64,000 nucleotides of DNA. Origin: a virus. Lineage: Duplodnaviria; Heunggongvirae; Uroviricota; Caudoviricetes. The notes beneath the pieces are model-generated. The model was not told the origin of the DNA. It ran no database searches and saw nothing but the letters and a program-made list of their open reading frames with translations. The number at the start of each line of letters is the position of its first letter. Position 1 is the stretch's first letter. Position numbers and translations under genes: made by a program. The DNA is taken from IMG/VR virus record IMGVR_UViG_2585427708_000005, one strand, 5' to 3'. Shown piece by piece: positions 42,442-53,060 of the stretch.

Positions 42442-44148
42442 TTGAGTAACTTACGCGAATACCAGAATCGTATTGCAGATATCGCAAAACGCTCTAAAGC
42501 TGTGCTTGGCTGGGCAAGCACTGCGCAGTTCGGTACTGATAACCAATTCATTAAAGATGATGCCGCGCGTGCCGCATCTATCCTTGAAGCTGCACGTAAA
42601 GACCCAATTTTTGCGGGTATCTCTGATAATGCCACCGCTCAAATCGCTACAGCGTGGGCAAGTGCACTGGCTGACTACGCCGCAGCACATAAATCTATGC
42701 CGCGTCCGGAAATTCTGGCCTCCTGCCACCAGACGCTGGAAAACTGCCTGATTGAGTCCACCCGCAATAGCATGGATGCCACTAATAAAGCGATGCTGGA
42801 ATCCGTCGCAGCAGAGATGATGAGCGTTTCTGACGGTGTTATGCGTCTGCCTTTATTCCTCGCGATGATCCTGCCTGTTCAGTTGGGGGCAGCTACCGCT
42901 GATGCGTGTACCTTCATTCCGGTTACGCGTGACCAGTCCGACATCTATGAAGTCTTTAACGTGGCAGGTTCCTCTTTTGGTTCTTATGCTGCTGGTGATG
43001 TTCTGGACATGCAATCCGTCGGTGTGTACAGCCAGTTACGTCGCCGCTATGTGCTGGTGGCAAGCTCCGATGGCACCAGCAAAACCGCAACCTTCAAGAT
43101 GGAAGACTTCGAAGGCCAGAATGTACCAATCCGAAAAGGTCGCACTAACATCTACGTTAACCGTATTAAGTCTGTTGTTGATAACGGTTCCGGCAGCCTA
43201 CTTCACTCGTTTACTAATGCTGCTGGTGAGCAAATCACTGTTACCTGCTCTCTGAACTACAACATTGGTCAGATTGCCCTGTCGTTCTCCAAAGCGCCGG
43301 ATAAAGGCACTGAGATCGCAATTGAGACGGAAATCAATATTGAAGCCGCACCTGAGCTGATCCCGCTGATCAACCACGAAATGAAGAAATACACCCTGTT
43401 CCCAAGTCAGTTCGTTATCGCGGCTGAGCACACGGTACAGGCGGCGTATGAAGCACAGCGTGAATTTGGTCTGGACCTGGGTTCCCTACAGTTCCGCACC
43501 CTGAAGGAATACCTGTCTCATGAACAGGATATGCTGCGTCTTCGCATCATGATCTGGCGTACTCTTGCGACCGACACCTTTGACATCGCTCTGCCGGTTA
43601 ACCAGTCCTTTAATGTATGGGCAACCATCATTCGTGGCAAATTCCAGACTGTATATCGCGACATTATTGAGCGCGTTAAATCTTCTGGTGCGATGGGGAT
43701 GTTTGCTGGTGCTGATGCAGCATCTTTCTTCAAACAGTTGCCGAAGGATTTCTTCCAGCCAGCCGAAGACTATATCCAGACTCCGTATGTTCACTACATC
43801 GGTACCCTGTTCGGTAACGTGAAAGTGTACGAAGTACCTGCTGGTATTTGTAAGAACTTAACGACAGAGAACATTCAGTTCAGCTCGATGGATGTGCTGT
43901 GCTACGTCCGTGATGAAAATCCGGGTAAAGCAGGCTTCGTGACTGGTGATGCTGTCCCGGCTATCCCGTTCCAGCATCCGACCACTCCGGCGCTGGTCAA
44001 CCGTACCACACTGTGGGGTTCGGCTATCAACGATATGCACCCACGCAACGGCGCTGATTACTTCACTCGTGTAACGCTGACAATGGCCAAAAAAGGCGGG
44101 CTTAACTTCATAAGCGGCGACACGATTGATGCCGGTGACTCTGAGTAA
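42442..44148 (+). CDS. Putative major head (capsid) protein
   Basis: About 568 aa; probable TTG start after RBS aaggaagag; assignment by size and position next to the sheath gene. Confidence 0.5.
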   Translation: MSNLREYQNRIADIAKRSKAVLGWASTAQFGTDNQFIKDDAARAASILEAARKDPIFAGISDNATAQIATAWASALADYAAAHKSMPRPEILASCHQTLENCLIESTRNSMDATNKAMLESVAAEMMSVSDGVMRLPLFLAMILPVQLGAATADACTFIPVTRDQSDIYEVFNVAGSSFGSYAAGDVLDMQSVGVYSQLRRRYVLVASSDGTSKTATFKMEDFEGQNVPIRKGRTNIYVNRIKSVVDNGSGSLLHSFTNAAGEQITVTCSLNYNIGQIALSFSKAPDKGTEIAIETEINIEAAPELIPLINHEMKKYTLFPSQFVIAAEHTVQAAYEAQREFGLDLGSLQFRTLKEYLSHEQDMLRLRIMIWRTLATDTFDIALPVNQSFNVWATIIRGKFQTVYRDIIERVKSSGAMGMFAGADAASFFKQLPKDFFQPAEDYIQTPYVHYIGTLFGNVKVYEVPAGICKNLTTENIQFSSMDVLCYVRDENPGKAGFVTGDAVPAIPFQHPTTPALVNRTTLWGSAINDMHPRNGADYFTRVTLTMAKKGGLNFISGDTIDAGDSE

Positions 44149-44208
44149 TCAGGGGAAGTTCTCCGTTTAACATAGCGCCCCCGTGCGGGGCGCATAACAG
44201 GGAAAGTT

Positions 44209-45798
44209 ATGTCTCAATATTCAATTCAACAGTCATTAGGTAATGCATCCGGCGTCGCGGTTAGCCCGATCAATGCCGATGCGACGTTATCTACCGGTGT
44301 TGCATTAAATAGCAGCTTGTGGGCTGGTATTGGCGTATTTGCGCGTGGCAAGCCGTTTACTGTTCTTGCGGTTACTGAGTCCAATTACAAAGATGTTCTC
44401 GGCGAACCGCTGAAGCCGTCTTCCGGCTCACAGTTCGAACCAATTCGCCATGTATACGAAGCTATTCAGCAAACGTCAGGTTATGTTGTTCGTGCTGTTC
44501 CGGATGATGCGAAGTTCCCGATTATTATGTTCGATGAATCAGGCGAACCGGCTTACAGTGCGTTGCCATACGGTTCTGAAATTGAACTTGATAGTGGCGA
44601 AGCCTTTGCTATCTACGTTGATGATGGTGATCCGTGTATTTCACCTACCCGTGAGTTAACCATCGAAACGGCAACAGCGGACAGCGCGGGTAATGAACGC
44701 TTCCTCTTAAAACTGACCCAGACGACTTCGCTCGGCGTGGTAACGACCCTGGAGACACACACTGTGTCTTTGGCGGAAGAAGCGAAAGATGACATGGGCC
44801 GCTTGTGTTATCTGCCTACGGCTCTGGAAGCCCGTTCTAAATATCTGCGCGCGGTTGTTAATGAAGAGCTGATTTCGACGGCGAAAGTAACAAATAAAAA
44901 ATCGCTGGCGTTCACTGGTGGTACCAACGGTGATCAGTCGAAAATCTCAACCGCTGCGTACCTGCGTGCGGTTAAGGTGCTGAACAATGCGCCGTACATG
45001 TACACCGCTGTTCTCGGCCTGGGTTGCTATGACAATGCGGCGATCACCGCGTTAGGTAATATCTGTTCTGATCGCCTGATTGATGGCTTCTTTGATGTCA
45101 AACCGACATTGACGTATACGGAAGCGCTCTCTGCTGTTGAAGATACCGGTTTACTTGGTACCGATTATGTAAGCTGTGCTGTCTATCACTACCCGTTCTC
45201 CTGCAAAGACAAATGGACCCAATCCCGTGTGGTCTTTGGTCTGTCTGGCGTGGCGTATGCGGCGAAAGCTCGTGGCGTCAAGAAAAACTCTGATGTCGGC
45301 GGTTGGCATTACTCACCGGCTGGTGAAGAACGTGCCGTCATTGCTCGTGCGTCAATTCAACCGCTGTATCCGGAAGATACCCCGGACGAAGAAGCAATGG
45401 TCAAGGGCCGTCTCAATAAAGTATCTGTTGGCACCTCTGGCCAGATGATCATCGACGATGCTTTAACTTGCTGCACGCAGGATAACTATCTGCACTTCCA
45501 GCACGTCCCATCCCTGATGAATGCAATCAGCCGTTTCTTTGTCCAGTTAGCCCGACAGATGAAGCATAGCCCGGACGGTATTACTGCGGCTGGCCTGACT
45601 AAAGGGATGACCAAACTTTTAGATCGCTTTGTCGCCTCCGGCGCTCTGGTGGCTCCTCGTGATCCTGATGCTGACGGTACAGAACCGTATGTGCTGAAAG
45701 TTACGCAGGCGGAATTCGATAAATGGGAAGTAGTCTGGGCCTGCTGCCCGACTGGCGTAGCCCGTCGTATCCAGGGCGTACCGCTGCTTATTAAGTAA
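44209..45798 (+). CDS. Tail sheath protein
   Basis: 529 aa; contractile-sheath family features as recognised by eye (GVFARGKPF N-terminal region, conserved C-terminal domain). Confidence 0.6.
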   Translation: MSQYSIQQSLGNASGVAVSPINADATLSTGVALNSSLWAGIGVFARGKPFTVLAVTESNYKDVLGEPLKPSSGSQFEPIRHVYEAIQQTSGYVVRAVPDDAKFPIIMFDESGEPAYSALPYGSEIELDSGEAFAIYVDDGDPCISPTRELTIETATADSAGNERFLLKLTQTTSLGVVTTLETHTVSLAEEAKDDMGRLCYLPTALEARSKYLRAVVNEELISTAKVTNKKSLAFTGGTNGDQSKISTAAYLRAVKVLNNAPYMYTAVLGLGCYDNAAITALGNICSDRLIDGFFDVKPTLTYTEALSAVEDTGLLGTDYVSCAVYHYPFSCKDKWTQSRVVFGLSGVAYAAKARGVKKNSDVGGWHYSPAGEERAVIARASIQPLYPEDTPDEEAMVKGRLNKVSVGTSGQMIIDDALTCCTQDNYLHFQHVPSLMNAISRFFVQLARQMKHSPDGITAAGLTKGMTKLLDRFVASGALVAPRDPDADGTEPYVLKVTQAEFDKWEVVWACCPTGVARRIQGVPLLIK

Positions 45799-45807
45799 GG
45801 GAATACA

Positions 45808-46623
45808 ATGAGCAAAAACTTTTTTCAATCCGGGGCATTTTTGGGGAATGGACTGTCTCGTTTCGCTTTGAACTCTGATCCTGTGCAGCTGATGGAGTCT
45901 GCCCGAGCAAGCGCCGAACAGCCAACAGATCCGGTTATTAATAATAATCCGGAACCGGCGGCACAGACTAACGATAACGTTCCATCTGCCCCGGCTCCTG
46001 AGCAAATCCTGGAAGGGAAAGACGGTAAAGAATGGACCGTCGAACAGGCGCACCAGATGATTCTGGAAGCTGCAAATAGAAGTGCTATGCAGAATGCGTT
46101 GAGTGATGCGGCCGACGCCGTTTTCGCCTGGGCTGATAGCGGTGATCTGACTTTCGACTCCCTTGATGGTTTCGTTCAGGCTATCGCTGGTATCTCTGAT
46201 GACGACGACTCCGAAGTTACAGAAGAACAGGACGATGCCTATAACGAAGCATGGGCAAATGTTGCTGACTTCCTCGCAGCATGCGGTGTAGATGATGACC
46301 TGATCGAAGCACTGGCTGACGATGAAGACGACGACGCAGCTGCTGATGTTGGTGCCTCTATCGCTGGTTTAGATAGCGACGACCGTGACGAACTGGAAGC
46401 GGCGTTTGTTGTTGCTGGCACTTCTGATGAAATGCTGACTGAAGCATTTAAGAAGGTTGTTCGTAACGGTGAGATCAAACTCATCCGTAAACGCCTGCGT
46501 AAAAAACGTCTGACTGCGGCTCAAAAATCGGCGCTGAAAAAAGCGCGTCGAAAAGCCCAGACGGGTGCGGCAAAACTTGCCCGCAAAAAGTCAATGAAAC
46601 TGCGCCGTAAGCGCCTTGGCTAA
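45808..46623 (+). CDS. Hypothetical virion protein, acidic core with highly basic C-terminal tail
   Basis: 271 aa; D/E-rich middle and KRLRKKRL-type C-terminus; hairpin downstream. Confidence 0.5.
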   Translation: MSKNFFQSGAFLGNGLSRFALNSDPVQLMESARASAEQPTDPVINNNPEPAAQTNDNVPSAPAPEQILEGKDGKEWTVEQAHQMILEAANRSAMQNALSDAADAVFAWADSGDLTFDSLDGFVQAIAGISDDDDSEVTEEQDDAYNEAWANVADFLAACGVDDDLIEALADDEDDDAAADVGASIAGLDSDDRDELEAAFVVAGTSDEMLTEAFKKVVRNGEIKLIRKRLRKKRLTAAQKSALKKARRKAQTGAAKLARKKSMKLRRKRLG

Positions 46624-46658
46624 AGGAGGAGGCCGGAGAACTCCGGCCTTTAACTTGA

Positions 46659-47240
46659 ATGGCACCTATACCTTATGGGGTTTACAGCCAGGCTGACGGT
46701 GTATCGCCATTTCTGAAAGTTACTTTAACGAACTCTCAGTACCAGGTTACCGGATATATCAGCCAGGGGGCAGCAATGAACATGGCCCAGAATTGGGAAG
46801 CGCCGTTTACCGGTATGTCCATGGGGTCTGTTGCTGGTGCCTTCAGTGGTTTTGCGCAGGTTGGTACTGAAACAACGTCGGTGGCCCGTTGGAACAGCTT
46901 AATGGTTTGGGAGGGGGGAACACCGCCAACTTTCACGCTGCCAGTAACTTTCATCGCTTTGTTTGATCCATTCACGGAGGTTTCAGGAGCTATCGCCGCA
47001 TTGTCAGCGATGATTAGCCCGGAACTTAAAGATGCCAGTATTGGTGGTCGAATCCCGGAGCGTGTGACGCTAAACATTGGTCGCCAGATCAACATCATTG
47101 ATGTCGCTATCCAGGACATAAGTTTCGATCTCGATGCGCCCAGGGACAGCAATGGGCATTTCCTGAAAAACACCGTCAACCTCCAGTTGACCGGTTCTTC
47201 GATATATAACAGCTCCGATATTGTTCGGGCGTTCCAGTAA
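46659..47240 (+). CDS. Putative tail tube or tail structural protein
   Basis: 193-aa ORF directly after the sheath gene region. Confidence 0.4.
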   Translation: MAPIPYGVYSQADGVSPFLKVTLTNSQYQVTGYISQGAAMNMAQNWEAPFTGMSMGSVAGAFSGFAQVGTETTSVARWNSLMVWEGGTPPTFTLPVTFIALFDPFTEVSGAIAALSAMISPELKDASIGGRIPERVTLNIGRQINIIDVAIQDISFDLDAPRDSNGHFLKNTVNLQLTGSSIYNSSDIVRAFQ

Positions 47241-47251
47241 AAGGATTTTAT

Positions 47252-47761
47252 ATGGGGCACAATAACACTAACGGAAACCGTAAATTTATTAAGGGCCGCT
47301 ATACTGCCAACGCGGCCAAAGGCGAACGACTGGTATCTTCTGAATTCCAGCTCACTGTTGCAGGCCATGAAGATATCAGCGTACTGGTTCGCACGTCGCA
47401 AATTCCTGAAATGACCCGCGAGGATGTGGAGGACTATGGTCCGAATGGTGTGAAGTTCAACCAGCACGGTCCAATTCGAAACTCTGGGGAAATCCAGGTC
47501 CAGTGCGTGGAGACTATCGAAGGCGATATTCTTCAGTTCATTAAAGATCGCATTGCGGCGAAGGACTATGTTGATATCACGATGGCTGCTACCCCTGAAT
47601 CCAAATCTTCCGGGGTTAACGCTGTGACAAAAGCTGCTACAACAATTGAAATGTTGGACTGCAAAATCTACAGTGATGCAATCGACTTTAGTACCGAAGA
47701 TGTGACTGCCGCTGTGCGCCCGTCACTTCGTATCGTTTACAACTGGATTGAGTGGGATTAA
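47252..47761 (+). CDS. Putative tail structural protein
   Basis: 169 aa; followed by a strong terminator. Confidence 0.4.
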   Translation: MGHNNTNGNRKFIKGRYTANAAKGERLVSSEFQLTVAGHEDISVLVRTSQIPEMTREDVEDYGPNGVKFNQHGPIRNSGEIQVQCVETIEGDILQFIKDRIAAKDYVDITMAATPESKSSGVNAVTKAATTIEMLDCKIYSDAIDFSTEDVTAAVRPSLRIVYNWIEWD

Positions 47762-47782
47762 GAGTCATCCCTTGTATTTTAA

Positions 47783-47805
47783 AGCTCCTGCGGGAGCTTT
47801 TTTTG
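47783..47805 (+). terminator. Rho-independent terminator
   Basis: agctcctgcgggagct hairpin followed by a T7 run. Confidence 0.8.
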
Positions 47806-47845
47806 TGCTTAAATTATGCTGGTATAGCGAAATTTTGAGCATATT

Positions 47846-48142
47846 ATGGAAATTGATTTTTCATACTCTCCTGAAACGATAGAACGAAGATTCGAAATAA
47901 TTGGATGCAAAACTATTTCAGAGGAGCATTATTGGATTCTCTATGATGCCAATACATGGTTATGTGCCTTAGCAGAATGTCGGTCATCGTTATGTGCAGG
48001 GGAGGGAGGACTTCGACATAAGGTGCTGGCTACACTTGAAGTGAACACGTTACGATATTGGTGTGTCGAAATACTTAGGAATAACAAAGAATTACATTTA
48101 TTATTGCTGAATAAATGTGCACCTCTGCGCAGAAAAGCATAA
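47846..48142 (+). CDS. Hypothetical Cys-rich small protein in AT-rich islet
   Basis: 98-aa ORF; local AT-rich composition. Confidence 0.4.
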   Translation: MEIDFSYSPETIERRFEIIGCKTISEEHYWILYDANTWLCALAECRSSLCAGEGGLRHKVLATLEVNTLRYWCVEILRNNKELHLLLLNKCAPLRRKA

Positions 48143-48269
48143 GAAAACCCAACAGCCATACTGGAATTATCAGAAGAATATGTGCGGAAAGTTATAGCTA
48201 GCTATTGAAAAGCTAAAGTAGATCGGTTAGATTTGCCTTACTCATCTACCATGTGTAGAAAGAGCGATC

Positions 48270-48309
48270 GAACCCGATACATAGCAATATGTGTCGGGTT
48301 CAGCTTTTT
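48270..48309 (+). terminator. Rho-independent terminator between convergent genes
   Basis: gaacccgatacat...atgtgtcgggttc hairpin followed by a T6 run. Confidence 0.6.
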
Positions 48310-48788
48310 TATGTCCCAAGCGCTCTTTTTCTGCTTTGTTTGAGTGTTCTGATTTTACTGTTATAGGTTACAACATAGGCTGTTTTAAGAAGCCAATAGT
48401 CTCTACGTGCGGATAGCACAACAACGTAGTTTTCACACTCGTTCCAGATTACCCATTCTTCAGTTGGTCCTCGTCTTTCAGACCAACATGATATATCGGA
48501 ATGGTTATAATTCCTTATCATATGCGCGATCCAGCGGATCCGCTTACACCGTTCAAGATCAGGTATTCGTTCTTCTTCTATTTTTCCCTCTGATACTAAA
48601 TGCCAAAATCCGAACTCTTTCCCATCATATTCCGGTGAATAACGTAACCGAACAGGGAGACCCTTAAACGTTATATTAGAGATTAAAATGTCTTCTCTGA
48701 CAACATAATATACATCGTCTATATACTCTTGCCAACTTCCATTGAAGTACAATAAATCTGGCATTTGAAGCATCAGCGAGCCTCCCAC
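48309..48788 (-). CDS. Hypothetical protein (partner of the DUF3800-like gene)
   Basis: 159 aa; overlaps the upstream gene by 16 nt; AT-rich. Confidence 0.5.
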   Translation of the reverse strand: MGGSLMLQMPDLLYFNGSWQEYIDDVYYVVREDILISNITFKGLPVRLRYSPEYDGKEFGFWHLVSEGKIEEERIPDLERCKRIRWIAHMIRNYNHSDISCWSERRGPTEEWVIWNECENYVVVLSARRDYWLLKTAYVVTYNSKIRTLKQSRKRALGT

Positions 48789-49477
48789 ACGAAAATATTA
48801 AATTTACTTTCTGTTGGAAGAGTGCTTTTTAGTAAATCCCTGTTTGTATGTGATTTTATCCTGTTTATGACTTGGATTTTTCCCGCGTTGCTATTCATTC
48901 CTCGATGAACGTAGCCTAACGCACCAATGAAAAGATCCGTTAGCTGCAATTGTTGCACTTCATGAGATCGTATATGTTGAATTCTGTTTATCGACTCATG
49001 ATTGTAATCATAGCGATCATTGTGAAGAACTCCTCTTAATTTCTCAATTTTTTCAATGCCTAAAGTATCTTTTATATCTAGGTAGATATTGTATGTGTTG
49101 TTACTTTCTATTATGTTTTTTAAGACATAAAAAAACATCTTATAATAGAAAGTATTATGATCTTGATGGAATCGAGCATGGTCCAGTTGCTCTTTATCAG
49201 GAACAACAACACCTCTAAAGCGCAATGCTGGGTTGCTGAAGAAGTAATCTACGACATCTAAGTAAAATTCAACCTTGGACGCAGATACTTTAGTCCACTT
49301 GATTTCGAAATCAGGTTTTAGATTGTGTTTTAATTTTAATTCCTTGATGTCTCTAGCAATTTTTTTTGTGATAGTGCCAGGGCACCAAAGCGCACCCAAT
49401 ACCATGACTTTATTATGATCATTTAGTAGGTGACAGGATTCATCGCAGAATACATTAAATGTTCTTCGGTTCAACAT
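48773..49477 (-). CDS. DUF3800-like protein (N-terminal F-C-D-E-S-C-H motif, C-terminal QLQLTD motif)
   Basis: 234 aa; VFCDESCH near the N-terminus and HEVQQLQLTDLFIGAL near the C-terminus resemble the DUF3800 signature as recalled; AT-rich. Confidence 0.45.
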   Translation of the reverse strand: MLNRRTFNVFCDESCHLLNDHNKVMVLGALWCPGTITKKIARDIKELKLKHNLKPDFEIKWTKVSASKVEFYLDVVDYFFSNPALRFRGVVVPDKEQLDHARFHQDHNTFYYKMFFYVLKNIIESNNTYNIYLDIKDTLGIEKIEKLRGVLHNDRYDYNHESINRIQHIRSHEVQQLQLTDLFIGALGYVHRGMNSNAGKIQVINRIKSHTNRDLLKSTLPTESKFNIFVWEAR

Positions 49478-49645
49478 GTTAACTCCACTTATTGTTAGGT
49501 AGAATTGTCCGTTAGTTGTTTATTAATTGCAATAATGGGACGTCCAGTTTTGGCAACAGTGCCCTCTTACCAGGACGCCTATGAGTTTGCCTCATGGCAA
49601 ACTAGAGGCGTTGAAAGTATGCATGGTTATAATTAGAACAATTCA

Positions 49646-50491
49646 TTACCCTCTGAATCCCGCCGGTATACCCCATTGTTCGTTATCTTTATTTTTGGCT
49701 AAAACCGCATTAAGAGCTTCGTTTACCGTCATGCAATGCGGTAGGTTATCGAAGTTTGATATCCCGCCAATATCAGGCGAACGCTTGTTCTTCAGGTAAG
49801 CATATTTCCGCGCAGCCGCCTCTACTTTCTGCTTGAACTCATGTTTTTGAGTGCGTTTTTTGGATAACCGCAGATTGTCAGCCTTTGCTTTTGCCTCAGC
49901 GATCCATGAAGTCAATTTTTTGAGTCTGGTCGTTCCGGCACCGCCGGAAACTGATCTTTTTGTTTTTTTAACTTGTGACTTCTTATTCTTTATTGCCACG
50001 TCATCCTGACAGGGGGAGGGGGTATCATTTTGATATGGGGGTGTGGTTAAAAAATCAAATAAAGCCAATGTCTTAGCGAGAACAGCTTTAACCTTGGTTG
50101 CGGCTGAAGAGATCTTTAATTTGCTTTCAGTCAGCGCGTTTTTAGCTTGTTGTGCGAAGGCCAAAAAGGATGGTGTAAACCGGTACAGGTTAGCGCGACG
50201 TTCACGGTGATCGCCGATAACAATCTCTACAGACAGAATTCCTTTGTTTACAGCTTCACGGAATGCACGAACGACGGTTGATTGGCTATAACCAGTTTCT
50301 GCCGCGATCAGGCGGTGAGGCTTGTGAATGAAGTATTCACTGGTTGTTGCCGCGAGATTTGCACATTGCGACAGGATATGCCCGGCGCTACGGGATAGAC
50401 CGGAGTGTGTTACAAAGCAGGCCAATTCATAGCCAGAAAAAGTAAAATCGCTCATCGTTATACAGCTCAGGAAAGTGACTTTAGCCAGCAT
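49646..50491 (-). CDS. repL: Lytic replicon initiator RepL
   Basis: 281 aa; HTH region then basic C-terminus; directly downstream of kilA. Confidence 0.8.
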   Translation of the reverse strand: MLAKVTFLSCITMSDFTFSGYELACFVTHSGLSRSAGHILSQCANLAATTSEYFIHKPHRLIAAETGYSQSTVVRAFREAVNKGILSVEIVIGDHRERRANLYRFTPSFLAFAQQAKNALTESKLKISSAATKVKAVLAKTLALFDFLTTPPYQNDTPSPCQDDVAIKNKKSQVKKTKRSVSGGAGTTRLKKLTSWIAEAKAKADNLRLSKKRTQKHEFKQKVEAAARKYAYLKNKRSPDIGGISNFDNLPHCMTVNEALNAVLAKNKDNEQWGIPAGFRG

Positions 50492-50520
50492 TACAATGCT
50501 GGTGGTTCTTACTACGTCTG

Positions 50521-51321
50521 TTAGCGCGTTGCCGCGACAGGTACCAGCACACCAGCATCAAGCAATCGCTTCATCAGCCACTGCTGACCTTTGCCGGTTA
50601 TACGAGTCGTGAAAGAAATCCTGCTTCCATTGCTTGTATCGATCACGGTTTCTTTAAGGGTGAAATACCCACGGGATATGTATTCTTGTTTGGGGACGTT
50701 CCTGCGTTCACCGGTTGCGATCAGAATTCCGTTATCACGCAACCAGGTGAAGAGATAGTTTTGGCCCAGGCCGAGCACTTTGGCATAGTTGCCGATTAGA
50801 ACCCCGCTGGCGGTAGCAACGCGTTCGGCGAATTCGACTTTAGGTGCATCCATCAGCATTTTTTGCTCCAGCCGTTGCTTTTGCTCTGCCAGGTCAGCAG
50901 CCAAACGGAGAGCTTCTGGGAGGCTCTTCGGAATAGCAGGTTGTAATCTTCCGGCTCGATAGTCGATAAATGTCTGGTTTACCTTCAGCCGAAACGCGGG
51001 AGAAATCCAGCCTGCGTACTCCACTGCGAGCAATTCATGGGCAAAAGTGCCGCCGCCACGGCCTTCGAACGAAACTATGCAATTCTGCATAGTTTCTTTT
51101 TCAAGCTCTTCGATGAGCTGTTTGGCTGACAGCGTTCTTAGCCATTGAGCTGGCGCTTTATGGGCACCGAGTCCGCTCGCTCTGTGTAGAGCATTAAGGT
51201 TGTAACGGCCAGCGCGGTCGGTCGTAATTTCAACACCACAAATAACAGGCAGAGTGGTTGAAGGATCGACATTTTGATGAAGGTTTGATATATTCATATC
51301 CGCATTGAATGTTTGTTGCAT
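50521..51321 (-). CDS. kilA: KilA (KilA-N domain with Bro/antirepressor-type C-terminal domain)
   Basis: 266 aa; C-terminal half paralogous to the C-terminus of the adjacent antirepressor; operator upstream. Confidence 0.8.
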   Translation of the reverse strand: MQQTFNADMNISNLHQNVDPSTTLPVICGVEITTDRAGRYNLNALHRASGLGAHKAPAQWLRTLSAKQLIEELEKETMQNCIVSFEGRGGGTFAHELLAVEYAGWISPAFRLKVNQTFIDYRAGRLQPAIPKSLPEALRLAADLAEQKQRLEQKMLMDAPKVEFAERVATASGVLIGNYAKVLGLGQNYLFTWLRDNGILIATGERRNVPKQEYISRGYFTLKETVIDTSNGSRISFTTRITGKGQQWLMKRLLDAGVLVPVAATR

Positions 51322-51390
51322 TTTTTCTCCAAATTTGCATCAACCTTCAATCACCAGCTCGAAATGGTGATTCTTTGCACTTAGAAAACG

Positions 51391-51407
51391 AAATTTATTA
51401 GAGCAAA
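51391..51407 (-). promoter_or_regulatory. C1 operator-like site (16/17) upstream of kilA-repL
   Basis: aaatttattagagcaaa. Confidence 0.65.
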
Positions 51408-51485
51408 TTTTTCTAACTCGATCCAGATCGGGTTGGACGATCTGCTCAGAAACCTGCCAGTTTGCTGGCAGGTTTTTTTCTTTTG

Positions 51486-52529
51486 TTAACCTATTGCTAC
51501 TGGTTTTAACAAACCAGCATCAAGTAGCTTGCGAGTTAACCACTGCTGGCCTTTACCCGTTAATTGGGGCGTCAGCCGTATCTGGTAGCCATTTTCATCA
51601 TCCAGCACCACTTCTTTCACCGTGAAATACCCGGCGTTGATGTACTGTTGGCGCGGTACGTTTTTGCGCGCTCCAAAAGCCATGAGAATGCCATTCTGGC
51701 GCAACCATGAGAAAAGGGCGTTTTGCTTAAGTCCAACGACCTTTGCAAAGTTCCCGATCAGGATTCCATTAGCCACTGATACCCGGTCGGCAAAATCGAC
51801 TTTAGGGGCAGCGGCCACCAGCTGTTGTTCCAGCTGCATTTTCTGTTCTGCTAACTCGGCAGCCAGGCGTAGAGCTTCTGGTAATGTTTGGGGGATCGAT
51901 GGGGCAGGGGAGTTTGCCTGCTGCAATTCTTCCAGTTTGTCGATCAGCGAACGGCGGACCGCTTTTGACTCGCGCGCGGCGACTCGCAAGGCTTGTTTGT
52001 AGGTCATGGTGATGACCTCAAAAGAGCGCCCAGCCCTTGTGCCATGGGATTTTGCACTTTTTGTGTAAAATTCACCTTCAAGTTCATCGAGTATTTTTTC
52101 GATGAATTTATTGTTTCTAACCTCTGGTTCTCCACATAACTTGCGTGCCTCATTGACCATCTTCAACAATGTTTGGCTGTCGATTGTGTCTCCGGTGTTG
52201 GGGATGACATTCACGGCTGGTGTTGGCGTAGCTGACGTAACAGGTGCTGGTTTCTCAACATTCAAATTTTTACCGGTCACTCTATGTGCCTCCTTTCTCA
52301 TTTCTGCTGCCACCGTTGCGTAACGTAGACGTCCTTGTTCAATCAAATAATCCCTGATCTCGGCTATCAGTAGCCTGTTGATCACTGCCTTATCTGTTCG
52401 GGTATAAAAACGCCTGGTTATCATGAAATAGTTGGCAATTGCGCCGGGGATCTCCCGCGTCGGCATACAGGCAGTATGCAGGGCGATTGCTTCGGCTATG
52501 TCATTACGGGTGACGAGAGGTTTTTTCAT
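51486..52529 (-). CDS. ant: Antirepressor (Ant-like)
   Basis: 347 aa; C-terminal domain shared with KilA; preceded by a coupled small ORF. Confidence 0.7.
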   Translation of the reverse strand: MKKPLVTRNDIAEAIALHTACMPTREIPGAIANYFMITRRFYTRTDKAVINRLLIAEIRDYLIEQGRLRYATVAAEMRKEAHRVTGKNLNVEKPAPVTSATPTPAVNVIPNTGDTIDSQTLLKMVNEARKLCGEPEVRNNKFIEKILDELEGEFYTKSAKSHGTRAGRSFEVITMTYKQALRVAARESKAVRRSLIDKLEELQQANSPAPSIPQTLPEALRLAAELAEQKMQLEQQLVAAAPKVDFADRVSVANGILIGNFAKVVGLKQNALFSWLRQNGILMAFGARKNVPRQQYINAGYFTVKEVVLDDENGYQIRLTPQLTGKGQQWLTRKLLDAGLLKPVAIG

Positions 52530-52747
52530 AAAACCCCCTGAACGTCGGCAGAGAAGGGGAGGTTCCAGTAACTAAGTGAATTGCGCGAGTTAGTTGAAAA
52601 ACGGGCAGTAAAAATGCAGGGGCCATCAGGCAATTGAGAGCGTGCTTCGTCTTCAGTTGCTGCGATAACGAAGTGATAGTGGTGTTTTTTACAGGAATAG
52701 AAACGCCAGATGAATTCTGGGCGTGTGCAAGGATTGGCATTAACCAT
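52526..52747 (-). CDS. icd: Icd-like small protein, translationally coupled to ant
   Basis: 73-aa ORF whose stop overlaps the ant start codon (ATGA overlap). Confidence 0.5.
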   Translation of the reverse strand: MVNANPCTRPEFIWRFYSCKKHHYHFVIAATEDEARSQLPDGPCIFTARFSTNSRNSLSYWNLPFSADVQGVL

Positions 52748-53060
52748 AGTTACGGCCTCACTAACAGGTTTAACAACCTGCTACCCGCTGTCAAACAGGT
52801 GGCAGGACGTGACAGGGTTGACAGACTGGCGTTAGTGAAACCAGCAGGCCGAAGCCTCCCCATCACGCCCCACCATAATTCGGGCGTAACGCGGTTTACG
52901 GACACAAAAATACCGCAATATCGGAAATCTGCGGTTGTCCGCACTAACATTCAGGCTGTCAAACCCGGTCGCAGAATTTGCTACGACGGCGGAACTATAA
53001 GCCTGAACGATTAAAAGGTCAATATGATGCGAAAAGATAGCATTCGTGACTTAAAAATAC

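Noticed and set aside
46239-46484. Minus-strand 81-aa ORF inside the acidic virion protein gene
   Set aside because: It is a shadow ORF produced by the GA-rich codons encoding the Asp/Glu-rich region; its translation is Ser/Ala low complexity.
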